NCBI RefSeq assembly: GCF_006345805.1 | Contig: NC_043004.1 | Coordinates: forward strand, 73,408,001 to 73,472,000 | DNA length: 64,000 bases | Reading direction: 5' to 3' | Origin: Octopus sinensis | Lineage: Eukaryota | Part shown: positions 26,391 to 39,907 of the stretch, piece after piece | How positions within the stretch are numbered: position 1 is the stretch's first letter | Layout: every line of letters starts with the position of its first letter | Position numbers and translations under genes: made by a program | Notes under the pieces: model-generated | Database searches by the model: none | Seen by the model: only the letters and a program-made list of their open reading frames with translations | What the model was told of the DNA's origin: nothing

Positions 26391-27667
26391 GAATTAGACC
26401 GCTCGGCGGTTGTGAATGTCTCGTCAAAAACTAGCGAGAAGAAATAATGAAAAAGTTAGAGCTCACATATAGATTTTCATTTATACCTATTATCACTGAT
26501 GCATTACATCTCATAGCAACAGAACTGGAAAAAAAACCCTAAAAATTCTAAAGTTCTCTAAAAGATAACAGACCAGACTGGTTTAGATTATCCAAAAGCA
26601 ATCGATTGCAGCGGACTTTGAAATCAAAACGTAAAGACCGGCGAAATACTGCTAACCATTTTGCCCGGCCTATTAACCACTCTACTAGCTCACCGCCTTA
26701 TCTTTTATCCTTTACATGTTTTCGTCAATGAAGTGCGGCCATACTGGGGCACTGCTTTATCTATAAAAAATTATAGCAATGCAATGATGGTTTTTAGTAA
26801 TAACATATGGTCACCTCACTGGCAGTGTTACTGGGGGTAATGGTGTGAAATGGGATAGTGGTGGTGGGAGGGTGTTGATGATGTTGGCGGTGGGAGTGGG
26901 AGTTTCTTAGTGGTGTGAGGGAGTGCTGGTTGTTGTTGGTGGTGGTGGTTGTGCTGGTGATGTTGGGTGTGGTTATGGTTGTTGTTGTTGTGGTGGTGGT
27001 GGTAGTGGTGGTGGTAGAATAGTCGATTACTGCGACTTAGCATTCCATTGGCGCTTATTAATTCTATTCCGGAAGAATGAAATACGAAGTCGACCTCTTT
27101 AGGGGAGACAATAATGATTGCTGACACAGGGACACAAATTGTATGTATGTTATGTAGGATTGAGGTTATGTAGGATTGTATGTACACCCACATACGTTTA
27201 CATCTAACGCGTATCTGTATATCTACATGTATACACACATATACATATATACACCTATGCACACACATGTGTACGCATATATACACGAATAAAGAGGAGA
27301 GCTAGATATATAGGTATGTATACATACATGTGTATATGCATAAACATATACATATATATATGCACAATGTGTGTGTGTGTATGCGTGTATGTATGCATTT
27401 ACAAGCATATCATCACTAAGATGTTACTCAGAAAAAATATTGCTTATCGAAAGATAATGTTCATAAACATAGAATATGTGAAGTTAATAGACTTATAATG
27501 TACACACAAGACTATTAAATACACGTTTGTTGAAAGCGATTTAGAAGCGAGATGGGAGAAGAGTATGCAAAAGAAAGAAAAAAAGGAAAAAAGGGGTAAT
27601 GGATGAATGTAAATAAAAGCTAAAAAGAGAAGGACATATGTACTGGAAAAAGATGTTCGTGACTTAC

Positions 27668-27856
27668 CTTTGCAAGCTTTTTTGTGGTGGATGGGCTTCG
27701 AATGGTCTCTGTAGTAGAGAGGTCGGCAGTAGTTGCACTTGCGTCCATCAGTATGATGGCGACATTTCACACAAATGCCACCACTCTTGTAGCCGGAAAG
27801 GATGTAAATCTCCCGATTGAAGTGACACTTGCGGGCATGCTGGTTACACTTGCATC
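27668..27856 (-). CDS. NTN1: Internal coding exon of a netrin (UNC-6/netrin-1 type) gene: laminin-EGF repeat 2 (domain V-2). 189 nt, phase 1-1. Paralog identity not determined.
   Basis: Minus-strand translation (x)[62 protein letters not shown] has the 8-Cys LE pattern. It carries the netrin-specific FNxExYxLSGxKSGG and YYRDxxKPIxHxKACK motifs. A pyrimidine tract ending ttcctctAG precedes it (AG at 27858-27857) and G|GTAAGT follows it (GT at 27667-27666). The length of 63 codons equals exactly one LE module. Confidence 0.93.
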
Positions 27857-27915
27857 CTAGAGGAAAGAAATTGAAAGAAGTGGAGATAGAAATGTGAAAG
27901 AAATAAGTATATATA
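27857..27915 (-). other. 3' splice acceptor: polypyrimidine tract and candidate branch point
   Basis: The minus strand reads tatacttatttctttcacatttctatctccacttctttcaatttctttcctctAG immediately before the exon. CTTAT fits a YTNAY branch motif. Confidence 0.75.
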
Positions 27916-28316
27916 CAGTTTATCAAATTTTAAAATGATTCTTTTAAAAGAAGTAAAAATAATGAAAAAAAGACGTTATTGTTGTTTCGCCTCGGTTAGA
28001 TCCGATGGAGCCGACTTATGACTTGCCGTGTTTAAGCCTGATGTGACCACCCTGTCTTTGTTTAAAACAGTGGATCTCAACACCTCAACCATTTTTTATG
28101 TATTGATTCCTTTTGGTTCCTATTTTTACTCTACCGATCCCTATATTAAAAAAAAATTCCATTATATTTTTATAACAAAATATTATTTGGAATTGTACCA
28201 AAAAAAACTGTGAAACCACTTTGTTATAGAAATATAATTTATTGCACATAAACTTTCACAACAAAATCTTATAGGGACCTGGGTTGAAAGCCGTTGATTT
28301 AAAATATACTTTCCAA

Positions 28317-28712
28317 CTCTAGGCACAAGGCCCGGAATTTTTGGGGAAAGGCCTAGTCGATTAGATCGACCTCAGTGTTTCACTGGTACTTAATCTAACA
28401 ATCCCGAAAGGATGAAAGGTAAAGTCGACCACAGCAGAATTAGAACTCAGAACGTAGCGGCAGACGAAATACCTATTTCTTTACTACCCACAAAGAGCTA
28501 CACACAGAGGGGACAAACAAGGACAGACAAACGGATTAAGTCGATTATATCGACCCCAGTGCGTAACTGGTACTTATTTAATCGACTCCGAAAGGATGAA
28601 AGGTAAAGTCGACCTCGGCGGAATTTGAACTCGGAACGTAACGGCTAACGAAATACTGCTAAGCATTTCGCCCGGCGTGCAAACGTTTCTGCCAGCTTGC
28701 TGCCTTCCATTA
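28317..28712 (-). mobile_element. Dimeric SINE family A, minus strand, about 460 nt upstream of the netrin exon acceptor
   Basis: Reverse complement of the 14458 and 60146 dimer layout. Confidence 0.88.
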
Positions 28713-29810
28713 ATTTAAAATATAGTGTACCTATTATAAGATACTGCCGCTCTAAATGTGGCCGTTTATGAAGATGATAGATTTGAAGGAGGTTTGGTTA
28801 CTATGGCTAGCAGGCCGAACAAACGAAACTCTTGGTGGCTCTTAATATAGAATGTTATTTGATTATGTGAACAAATCTAGAGACACTATCAACATACTTG
28901 CCTTAGTCGTTTATTTATAAGTAACATATCGCTGTGAATGTTTGTTATAAGATAAGAGATATGGAAATAATACATACAACTGGGTTTGTTGTAGATTAGA
29001 CGCTGTAATATCCAGCAGACGCGAACGTCGGTCATGTTTGATAAAAAAAAAATCTCTGCTTACATGAAAAATGTAAGCATCAACTAGAAGCTTTATCCTC
29101 CTATCAAAACGTCGTCTCAGTTCATAAAAAATATGTAAAAATGTCAAAGGAGGATAATATCAAGTGGTATGACTACCTGAAAGTTGTTTTTGTTGTAAAT
29201 GATATTGACCAAAAATATCAATGAAAAACGGGTCGGGGGAGCAAACAAACTCATAAATATCGCTGCTACTTCTTTAAGGTCGGCACTATGAAGATAGCAG
29301 TAAATGGTGTGATTGACAGTTAAGACATACTATTAGACTTCATAGAACATCATAGATGTCATTTGAAATTATAAATATTATAGTTTTACTGCTTTTGGCA
29401 CACACACACAAACACACACACACGTATACACATAAACAAACACACAGACGTACACACACACATACACATTCACACATATATACTCAACTGTTGTTCGGAG
29501 TGTAACTAAGGACGACAGCACCACGTTCTGTCTGTCTGTCTGTCTGTCTGTGTCTCAGTCTCTTTTCCATCTTCTGATGCAGTTCAGAAACCCGAAATAT
29601 CGCTTAAATCATAGCCTAATACCATAAAAAAAAACCCCGAGACTTCCGATAACGTAGTTCTAGAAACATTATGCTTTAAAACCAAGTAAAAACAAAATTT
29701 AAAATAAAAAAAAAAAAACAGAAGAAAAGTACGATGGTCGAGATTGTCAAAGCTGCAATAACTGTGTTCGGAGTTCTGTTCAGTCAGGGCTGATCTTTGG
29801 CGAATTATGT

Positions 29811-29875
<65 letters not shown>

Positions 29876-29880
29876 TGAAA

Positions 29881-30176
29881 GCACATGGCTTAGTGGTTAG
29901 AGCGTCGTGCTTACGAACATGAGGTTGTGAGTTCGATTCCCGGATCGGGCTGCGTGTTGTGTTCTTGAGCAAGACACTTTATTTCACGTTGCTCCAGTTC
30001 ACACAGCTGTAGAAATGACCTGCGACAACCCTTGGATAACATCAGTGGTGTGGAGTAGGGGAGACTGGTATGCATGGGATACTGCTGGTCTTCCATAAAC
30101 CACCTTGCCCGGACTTGTGCCTCGGAGTGTAACTTTCTAGGTGCAATCCCATGGTCATTCATGACCGAAGGGGGTT

Positions 30177-30180
<4 letters not shown>
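29881..30180 (+). mobile_element. tRNA-derived SINE family C
   Basis: A box tggcttagtgg, B box gagttcgattccc, core tgttcttgagcaagacactttatttcacg and tail ggtcattcatgaccgaagggg. A second copy is at 62115-62452, with variants at 38270 and 39580. Confidence 0.88.
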
Positions 30181-30233
<53 letters not shown>

Positions 30234-30734
30234 TTGGAGTGTTTTGGAAATTTCTTGATACAAATATAATATTTCGAGAGATTTTTTCTTAATCTTAACT
30301 CTTTGAGAAAAAAAAATCTTCTCTCCATATATATATATATATATATATACATACATAGGCACACACGCATATATATTTAGTAGATATTGTGTATACGAAT
30401 AGATATAAAACTCCTACTGTGTATGTTCAGAGCCCCAAGTAAATTTTCATAACCCAGTCTGCTTTCTGTATAGTTGTTTAACTTGTATAGTTGTTACTTA
30501 ACTGCCATGCAGAACAGTATTACCAGTTATGTACTTCGGAGCAAAAGTAGATAAAACTAAATGTAAGCACGAGTCTATATTAAAGTTCATAGGCGCGCTT
30601 CACGATCAGGACACGTTGTGGTTGAGCACCTGTATGATTTTGGAAGTTCTATCTCAGAACTCCAAACAACCATAATTGTGCGCATCGGAACAACAATATA
30701 AACTTGCGTTAACCCCTTATTTTCCCTATATATA

Positions 30735-30882
30735 TTTTCAGTTTCCGTCTACCAAATCCACTCACAAGGTTTTGGTCGGCCCGAGGATATAGTAGAAGAC
30801 ACTTGCCCAAGGTGCCACGCAGTGGGACTGAACCCGGAACCATGTGGTTGGTAAGCAAGCTACTTACCACACAGCCACTCCA
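30735..30882 (-). mobile_element. SINE family B head and core only
   Basis: Reverse complement of ggagtggctgtgtggtaagtagc...gacggaaactgaaa. Confidence 0.88.
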
Positions 30883-30910
30883 TTATGTAATAAAATGAGA
30901 AAATCTTTGG

Positions 30911-30979
30911 CGGGACTCAAGAGTCATATACGGGCCTCAAGAGCCATATACGGGCCTCAAGAGTCATAAACGGGCCTCA
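30911..30979. repeat. 20-bp minisatellite, about 3.4 units (ctcaagagtcatatacgggc)
   Basis: Units start at 30916, 30936 and 30956, each with at most 1 difference from the consensus unit. Confidence 0.95.
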
Positions 30980-31024
30980 CATTGCATTATCAATGACACT
31001 CTTCAATGCTTCTTTCTAGCAATG

Positions 31025-31310
31025 TGCGTAGGTATATATGTTGCTTAGCTTTATTTCTAGATTTTTTGTCAATGAAGAATGATCTGGTTTCTAATCTTGA
31101 TCCAAGGCTCATTCATTGGATTTTCAACATGTGCATGTATGTGTGTATATGTGCAAGTGTTTTGGAGTCAGTGCATGTGCAAATCTTTATGTTTTGTTTT
31201 ATGCATGCCTGCGTGTATTGTATGTATGTACGTATTTATGTACGCATGCATGCTCGTAAGTGTATATGTATGTGTGTAAGTGTAGGTATTTAGACATGTC
31301 TACGTATTAG
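31025..31310 (-). mobile_element. 3' UTR fragment of the R4/Dong-like LINE seen at 55391-55930
   Basis: ggtttctaatcttgatccaaggctc...ttggattttcaaca and atgttttgttttatg are reverse complements of the 55740-55930 UTR. Confidence 0.7.
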
Positions 31311-31752
31311 CTTAGACTTTGCACATTTTGGTGTAAGGTCCACATGATACAATACGTGAACAACAACAACAGCAACACAAACGTATACAAAAATTAAAAA
31401 ATGACGAAAAACCACAAAAACGAACAAATCAAATAAATGATGTGCTGATAGACAGACATAAACGGAGAGAGAGAGAGAGAGAGAGAGAGGGGGAGAAAAG
31501 GGAAGGGCAAAGTAGAAAGGGGGAGGATTACTCTCGAGAATGGGAAGTTTGAGATCAGAGAAATGCAATATATGTCGACTTATGGTAGCGGCGGTATTTC
31601 CTAAATATGTATGTTGGGGTTGTTGTTCATGTTTATGTACGTGGAACACCACACGCGCGCGCGCACACAACACACTCACACACATCTATAAATAGAGAGA
31701 TAGACCGAAAGACAGACAGACGAGCAGGCAGATACTCAGAATCAGATGGATG

Positions 31753-31855
<103 letters not shown>

Positions 31856-31939
31856 TGACCTTTGTGTGCGCATAAACACGCACATAGACACACGTGTGAT
31901 CATACATAGAGATATATATATATATACACATACACATAC

Positions 31940-31991
<52 letters not shown>

Positions 31992-32250
31992 GAGAGAGAG
32001 GTGAGGGATAGAAAGTTAGACAAACATAATTATTATTGAGAACTCATGACTGGCAAAAAACAAAATGGCTTGCAAACGATTTTGCTATTTTATTACGTCA
32101 CTAAATCATCGCGCTCTGAGTTCCAATCCCGCTTTCTATTCTCTCGGCTTGATGAAATAAAGTACCAGCTAACTACTGGGGTTATCGATTTAATTTATAA
32201 CTAATCCCTCGCTGTAAAGTCTTCAACATATTATCAGAAATTACTGTTAG

Positions 32251-32622
32251 TATTATTATTATTATTATTATTCAGTAGTTTTATTTTTATAGCGTGCTTT
32301 CACTTCACTACCGAGCGCAGCTCTGTGTGCCTTGGGTATGTGCTGTGATTTGTTGTGATGCTCTGATGGTTATTGTATGGAATTGTTCTGCGTAGGATGT
32401 GTGCAGTGCTTAGTAGTGCAATTTTCTGTATGTTATATGTGTTTGTAAGTCCTGGTGTTTTTGTTATGATTTGTCTGAATATTTTTTATATCATGCCTAA
32501 TGCACCTACTATGAGAGGAATTGTTTCTGTTTTCAGGTTCCACATTCTAGTTATCTCTATTTCCAGGTCTTTGTATTTTGAGAGTTTCTCCATTTCTTTT
32601 AGAGATACGTTGTCATCTGCCG
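32251..32622 (-). mobile_element. 5'-truncated R4/Dong-like LINE 3' end (second subfamily) with (AAT)n tail
   Basis: Minus translation DDNVSLKEMEKLSKYKDLEIEITRMWNLKTETIPLIVGALGMIK. The 3' end is ctataaaaataaaactactgaataataat. Confidence 0.85.
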
Positions 32623-32624
32623 TC

Positions 32625-32682
<58 letters not shown>

Positions 32683-32706
32683 TGTTATTATTATTATTCC
32701 AGCAAA

Positions 32707-33690
32707 AGGTTGTGAGCTGGCAGACACGTTAGCACGCCGTGTGAAATGCTTAGCGGTATTTCGTCTGCCGCTACGTTCCGAGTTCAAATTCTGCCAAAGT
32801 CGACTTTGCCTTTCATCTTTTCGGAGTCGATAAATTAAGTACCAGTTACGCACTAGGGTCGATGTAATCGACTTAATCCGTTTGTCTGTCCTTGTTTGCC
32901 CCCTCTATGTTTAACCCCTTGTGGGCAATAAAGGAATAAAAATAGTTAGCATGCCGGGCGAAAAGTTTAACGGCGTTTCGTCCATCTTTACCTTCTGAGT
33001 TCAAATTCCGCCGAGGTCGACTTTGCTTTTCATCTTTTCGGGGTTGATTAAATAAATACCAGTTACGCGCTGGAGTCGATGTAATCGCCTTAATCTCCTC
33101 CCCCAACCTGTCCTTGTGGCAAAAATTTGGAATCTATTATCAGAAATTACCGTTAGTATTACTATTCCACCGAAAGGCGGCAAACTGGCTGAATCGTTAG
33201 CACGCCGGGCGAAATGCTTAACGGTATTTCGTCTGTCTACGTTCTGAGTTCAAATTCTGCCAAGGTTGACTTTGCCTTTTATCCTTTCGGGGGTCGATAA
33301 ATTAAGTACCAGTTGCGTACAGGGGTCGACATAATTGACTACCCCCCCATCCCAAAAGTTTTAGGCCTTGTGCCTAGAGTAGAAAAGGAATAAAATATGT
33401 ACCAGTCATGTCATCGACTTCCTCACTCCTCAGAATCGCAGGACTCGTGACAAAATAAGAAAGGAATAAATAATTTCACTTAAAGAGGCGAGTTGGCAGA
33501 ATTATTAGCCTGCCGGACAAAATGCTTAGCGGCATTTCTTTCGGCTTTATGGTCTGAGTCCAAATACAGCCGAAGTCAATTGTGCCATTCATACCTTCGT
33601 AGTCGATAAAATACGTACAAGTTGAGCACTGCGGTGGATGGATTCGATTAACCCTTTTCCCCAAATTTAAGGCTTTGTGACTAAATAAGG
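32707..33690 (+). mobile_element. Chain of four SINE family A copies
   Basis: Copies start at about 32707, 32945, 33172 and 33483, all on the plus strand. Confidence 0.85.
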
Positions 33691-34148
33691 GACAATCCTG
33701 TTCAGACCCTACCACTAAAATAAGCAATTAAATAAATACAGGAACGTAAAAGAACTAATTTTGAAGTCACGTTATGTGATCGTGACGCTCGGTTGATGCG
33801 CATTATGTCAAATAGACTCTGATCTATGTCAAATAGACACCGACTAAAAATGTCAACAACAATTCTTGTGAATGATCGAAAATTTACTGGTAGCTTAAAC
33901 ACAACTTCAGACTGAGTCTTCACTGTCTTAAATAATGCAGGAAAAAAAACGAGAACTTAGAGCCGTAAAATAAAGACGAGAATTCATTGATTTTATACAA
34001 AGGGAAAAATCACAGATTACTTGGAAAAGTTAAGAATCGATTAGAGTGATTCTTAGCGAATTCATGGTATACATCTTTTTAATCGGAGAGGATTTGCAAA
34101 CAAGTGAATATTTGTACGCAGTATGTTTTTGGTCGTTAGAGCTCTTAA

Positions 34149-34533
34149 TCTTTATATAAAGCTGAAGTTGTCTGTGTATGGCAGGTTTGGTAGCCTTCAA
34201 CTAATACTATTTCCTCCGAGACCCGGCGGCGCAAGTTGACCAAAATTGATAGTATGATAGAAGGCTTGCTCTTCCTTCCGTAGAAGAAAAAATTCAAATC
34301 AGACCATGTTAACACCAAAAATTATTCACATCAAAAAGGTGTTTTTTTTCTATGAAAATCCCTATTTTTTACGATTTTTTGATTGCTGTGTCGCCATTTT
34401 TCGGTGTATTTCAATCAGAAAAATATTCACTTAAAGAGAATAACAAGCTACATAATGCAAAACTTTTACTTTTCAAAAATTCCAGTTCTAAAGGTTCGAA
34501 ACAAACCCGAGCAACGCCGGTCGATACTGCTAG
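34149..34533 (+). mobile_element. Non-autonomous Helitron (385 bp)
   Basis: A|TCtttatataaag at the 5' end. A subterminal hairpin ccgagcaacgccgg (34507-34520) is followed by CTAG|T at 34530-34534. No TSD; inserted between A and T. Confidence 0.8.
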
Positions 34534-35449
34534 TTTGTTTATAAATATAGGATGTTCATGAAGTCCCTTTACAATATTGAGATTAAAAGTATGAAAGTTG
34601 TAAAGATACTTTATAGACGCGCTGTATGTACGCTTGTATGTTTGTGTGCGTATGTCTGTGTGTGTGTGTGTATGTGAGTGTGTTTGTATTATTTTATATA
34701 CTGTGAACAATGGAGTTGAAATTGGTGGTGCTCATGCATAGTCCAAGAGTGTTATTGATGCACGATGTTAAATTCCAGACACATATGGCAATCATAGAGT
34801 TATGGAGCTCTTGATTGGTCGGTCTATTAGTACAATGGGAAAACAGCTGAAAACTTCGTCACCATCTCAAACAACAGCAGTACTATCATCACCATCGTCA
34901 TCACCGTCGTTACCTCCCTCCTCTCCCCTCCCTCTCCCTCTCCTCTTCATCATCATTATTATCATTATCATCGACACTATCTTCATCGACGTCCTTGTCA
35001 TCGTCGTCGTCGCCCATCTCCTCCCCCTCTTCCTCTTTACCACCATCACCATCATCGTCATCATCGTCATCATCATCGATTTTCCGCAATCGCGTCAATT
35101 GCTACGGACGGATATGTGAATTGATTTTTCACGTTGTCAATCAAGAGAGGATACTCTGAAGTGGTTCTTCGGACACGTGGAGACGGAGTGGTAGGGGTGT
35201 GTGTGCTGGTGGTGGTTGTAGCAGAGTAGTCATCGTGTGGTGGTTGTGGTAGTGACGGCAGAGATTGCGCTCAGCACTGCTAGCTAACGAGCCATTTAAC
35301 TCTTTACACGCTGCTTAAATTGGCGAGGTGCACCCACCATAGGGTTCTTTATTTGAGGTACGCGGGGTGGGGCATTTGAGAGTTAACGTCTCTCATCACA
35401 GATACATCACTTCGTAATGTAGATCATACGATATTGCTCACTGAAATAC

Positions 35450-35503
35450 ATAAATTTATATATATTTACATTCATATATACATACATATTACATTCATAT
35501 ATT

Positions 35504-35551
<48 letters not shown>

Positions 35552-35719
35552 ATATATAATATATATTATATATATATGCATGTATGTATGTATTATATGT
35601 ATGTATGCATATGTATATATATGTATGTATGCATATATATATATATATATATGCATATGTATATATATGTATGTATGTGTGTATATATATATAATATATA
35701 TATGTTATGTATGCATATA

Positions 35720-35762
<43 letters not shown>

Positions 35763-35784
35763 CATGTATATATATATATATGTG

Positions 35785-35823
<39 letters not shown>

Positions 35824-35949
35824 GCATATATATATGTATATATATATATATAGATATATATATATATATTATATATATTATATATATGTATGTATGCATA
35901 GATATATATGTATATATATATATATATAATATATATATATATGTATGTA

Positions 35950-35994
<45 letters not shown>

Positions 35995-36030
35995 GTATAT
36001 ATATATATATATAATATATATATGCATACA
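35450..36030. repeat. Long degenerate (TA)n/(TATG)n tract
   Basis: Directly visible. Confidence 0.95.
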
Positions 36031-36123
36031 TTATTTGTTATAAGGATTCTTATGAATTAAGGCACACCTAATTATATATACATACTCATACACGTATTAT
36101 ACACATATAATAAACACAGATAT

Positions 36124-36154
<31 letters not shown>

Positions 36155-36232
36155 CATATATACATATATACATAGATATAAACAAACACATGTATATACA
36201 CACATACATATGTACACTTACACACATACACA

Positions 36233-36293
<61 letters not shown>

Positions 36294-36923
36294 TATGCAC
36301 CCTTCGAAGAAAGTGGGAATTAAGGGAAGTCTATCGGCAACAATGCGGCGCAAGTGAATCCAATAACGTAGTCTTCGGTGACGCCACAGTTTTAATAATT
36401 GCAAATGTATATTTTAAAAAAATATTAATATACGAAAAAGGAAGAAAAAGGAAGAAAAAGGAAGAAGAAAGACAGGAAGGCAAGAAATACCATTCCAGAC
36501 TTCTGTTATCTGAGAACGTTATATGTATTATTTTCGGTTGGTTTCTCTCAGAGGGTAGAACGGACCCAAGTTCTAAATCCTTAGAGAGCGTATGATGGAT
36601 GGCAACTGGATATTACAAGTCTAAGACCTAGATGTTACTGACACATGTTTTTACAATATTTCGCAGTTATCTCATTATTGCGCGGAGGGTGGGCAGTCGT
36701 CAGTGAAGAGAAACAAGAATAAAATAAGATAATATGAAATAAAGTAAAGTAAAATAAAATCTCGGTTACCAAACAGGATTGAACCTAAGAATTAAGGACA
36801 CGGGAATCTGAAGGGAATTTCCATTTTTCTTTGTTATTCTTTTAGTTTTTTGTTAGTATCATTCTTCCTCCGCCCTGCCGCCCGCCATCTTTATTTTATT
36901 TATTCATTTATTTACTTTTTGCC

Positions 36924-36978
<55 letters not shown>

Positions 36979-38269
36979 GAAATGTAATTAATATAAAATA
37001 CCGATCGTCTAACGTATACACACATACAGGTACACACGCACACACACACACACACACACTGATATGCATGTATACGTTTGCATATATGTAAGTTTACACA
37101 ATTATGTACAGACATAGCAATATCTATACATGTGCGTGAAATTCCATTCACACACACGCAAACACACACACACACGCACACATAGACATACAGACATACA
37201 TATATATATATAAATTATATATATACATATAAATATATATATATATATGCATATTTCTCTATCTATCTATCTATACACACACATACACGTATACCCACAC
37301 ACGTATATACATATGTATTGTTTGTATTTTAGGCATACACACACGAATATGTATATGTATAACTATCTACCTATATATATATATATATATATATATGGGT
37401 ATGTGAGCGCGCGCACACACACACACGCAGTATTTAATCTCCCGCAGCATGAAAAGAACACAACCATAAATCATAGACCCCGAGGACAAGGAACCTGAAT
37501 ATTTGCGAAAACCCATCACACACACACACACACACACACACACAACACACACAACACAATACAACACAACATACGTGCGCATTCACGCACTCAAACATAC
37601 TTACCCTACCCACGTACATAATATATATATATATATATATATGTCTGTATGTAAGTGTGTGTGTGTGCGAGTTTGTATGGTACAGTGTGTGAGTGTGTGT
37701 ACGTGTGTTTGTGTGTGTGTACACCCTTAGCTTCATTGTATGCAATAACTGTCCCCTTTAAGCCTGCTGTAAGAGTCATGCAATAAGGTCACTCGGTTTG
37801 CCGCTTATAGCGATAAAGTAAATTGTTATATTCAGCCATGTATTAGCTACAAATGAACCTGAGAGGTGAGCTCCAGCTGTGATATGTTTGTATGTTGGTT
37901 TCTTTTCCCAGTTGGAGTCAATTCACTTCATTTCCGTTTGCTTATGATTTTCTTACAAATAATTTCCTTCTCTTTCACCCCCGCCCACGGCCCGGCTTTC
38001 CTCCGGCATCGATGTGAGGCATTGTATCTCTGTTAGAAATAAATAATCACACAGCAGACATCTAACCCCTGACAACAACAGCAACAACAACAACAACAAC
38101 AACAACAATAACGACAGCAACAGCAACAACAACAACAACAATAACGACAGCAACAGCAGTAATAACAATAGTGATTTCAATTATTTATCACAGACGAGGG
38201 CGACAAAACACAAACATGAAACGAGGGAATTTACACAGAAGAAAGGATTAAAATAAGTTTGCATCGTAT

Positions 38270-38470
38270 GAACGCCGGCGTGGCTATGTGGCAAGAAGGT
38301 TGCTTCCCAACGTCGTGGTTCGCTAGATTGTTGGTTCAATTCCCAAACGGGGCAGCGTGTTGAGCAAAGCACTTCATTTCACGTTGCTACAGACCTACTT
38401 TTGATCAAGCAGAGATATGACAGTGATGTGTAACATCATCTGATAGTCCGATCGGTCATATGATCATGCG
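38270..38470 (+). mobile_element. Diverged tRNA-headed SINE (C-like core, D-like tail)
   Basis: ttgagcaaagcacttcatttcacgttgct core and cagtgatgtgtaacatcatctgatagtccgatcggtca tail. Confidence 0.65.
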
Positions 38471-39056
38471 ACACCCCTACACACGTGTGTACATACATAT
38501 AAATATGCATTCACAACACGGTTGTGGAACAGAGAGTAGAGAGGGTTAGTAAGGAAATCACTGAGTTAACCTTTTGGAGAGTGCGGTCTGGAATGTATGT
38601 GTGTGTACAGTAGCAGCAATGTCGCAGATATTTCTGTATATGTGCGCGTAAAAGAGTGTGATATACAATCAGTTAAGAGTGAGCTAATAGAGATCTTCAT
38701 ATTTAACCTAGTCCCCGCGCTACAGCTATCGTGCGAGAGGTTGTTTGCAAACGATATGTCATGATTTCACAGTGATAACTATCTCAAGTTTTATTTAGTT
38801 ACAAAACAATGAAAGGAAACTTTCGAATGTATGTCGTTAATACCTCATCGTGTCTTACAGTCACACACAACATCTTGTATACGCTATTGTTGAAGGAAAT
38901 AGTATACATACTTACATGCATGTGTATGTATGTATTTATTTATGTATTTATTTATTATGTATTTATATATGTCCATTATAAAACTGGGTGGAGTGAAAGA
39001 AATGAGGTGAGTTTATATGTGGGTATATATACATACATACTTGCATACATACATAC

Positions 39057-39094
<38 letters not shown>

Positions 39095-39095
<1 letters not shown>

Positions 39096-39332
39096 TTTTA
39101 CTCTTTTACTCTTTTACTTCTTTCTGTCATGTGATTGTGGCCATGCCGGAGCACCGCCAATCGTCGAGCAAATTGAGCCCGGGACTTATTCTTTGTAAGC
39201 CTAGTACTTATTCTATCGTTCTATTTTGCCAAACCGCTAAGTTACGGGGACGCAAACACCCCAGCATCGGTTGTCAAGCGATGTTGGGGGGTGCAAACAC
39301 AGACACACAAACATACATACACACACACATAC

Positions 39333-39340
<8 letters not shown>
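39095..39340 (-). mobile_element. SINE family B tail
   Basis: cttttactt...gtgattgtggccatgccggagcaccgcc...catcggttgtcaagcgatg. Confidence 0.85.
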
Positions 39341-39376
<36 letters not shown>

Positions 39377-39534
39377 ATATATATAATATACATATATATA
39401 TATTTGTATGTGTTCTCCTATATGTATGTACGTGTGGTTGCATTTCTTATATTTATACGTAGTTGTGTGTGCAGGAAATCCTTAAGTTGTACAATTTATT
39501 TTTTCGTCTTTTTGTTTTTACTCTATATAAATTA

Positions 39535-39578
<44 letters not shown>

Positions 39579-39579
39579 T

Positions 39580-39810
39580 GAAGGCGCGTGGTCTAGTTGT
39601 TAGGGCGTTGCACTCCAGATTGCCAGACAGTGGATTCGATTCCCGGTTCGAGCAACGCCTTGTGTTCTTGAGCAAAACACTTTATTTTACGCTACTGTAG
39701 TCCACTCAGCAGTGAATGAGTAACCTTGTGACAGATTAGCCTTCCGATCAAAAGGATTGTTGACCTACTTGCGCACTGTGACCAGTGATGTATAACATCC
39801 GATAGCCTGG
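39580..39810 (+). mobile_element. tRNA-headed SINE (C-like core, D-like tail)
   Basis: ggtctagttgttagggcg A box, ggattcgattccc B box, core tgttcttgagcaaaacactttatttt. Confidence 0.72.

Positions 39811-39907
<97 letters not shown>

Noticed and set aside
26828-27286. His/Gln-rich ORF just downstream of the netrin exon as an exon extension
   Set aside because: A canonical GTAAGT donor closes the exon at 27667. The ORF is degenerate (CAC/CAA)n low-complexity sequence.
27444-27926. Laminin beta or netrin-4 assignment for the LE exon
   Set aside because: The LSGxKSGG and KPIxHxKACK motifs fit netrin-1/UNC-6 V-2 better than the laminin-beta-type module as I recall it.
29570-29612. ctgatgcagttcagaaacccgaaatatcg as a hammerhead
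   Set aside because: The core reads CUGAUGC and stem II does not pair convincingly.
30911-30979. CRISPR-like array
   Set aside because: The units abut with no unique spacers, in a eukaryotic context with no cas genes.
34802-35119. Asp/Glu-rich or hydrophobic ORFs (also 53388-53863 and 54897-55160)
   Set aside because: Degenerate trinucleotide repeats (CAT/CAC/AAC) that are open in several frames and both strands.
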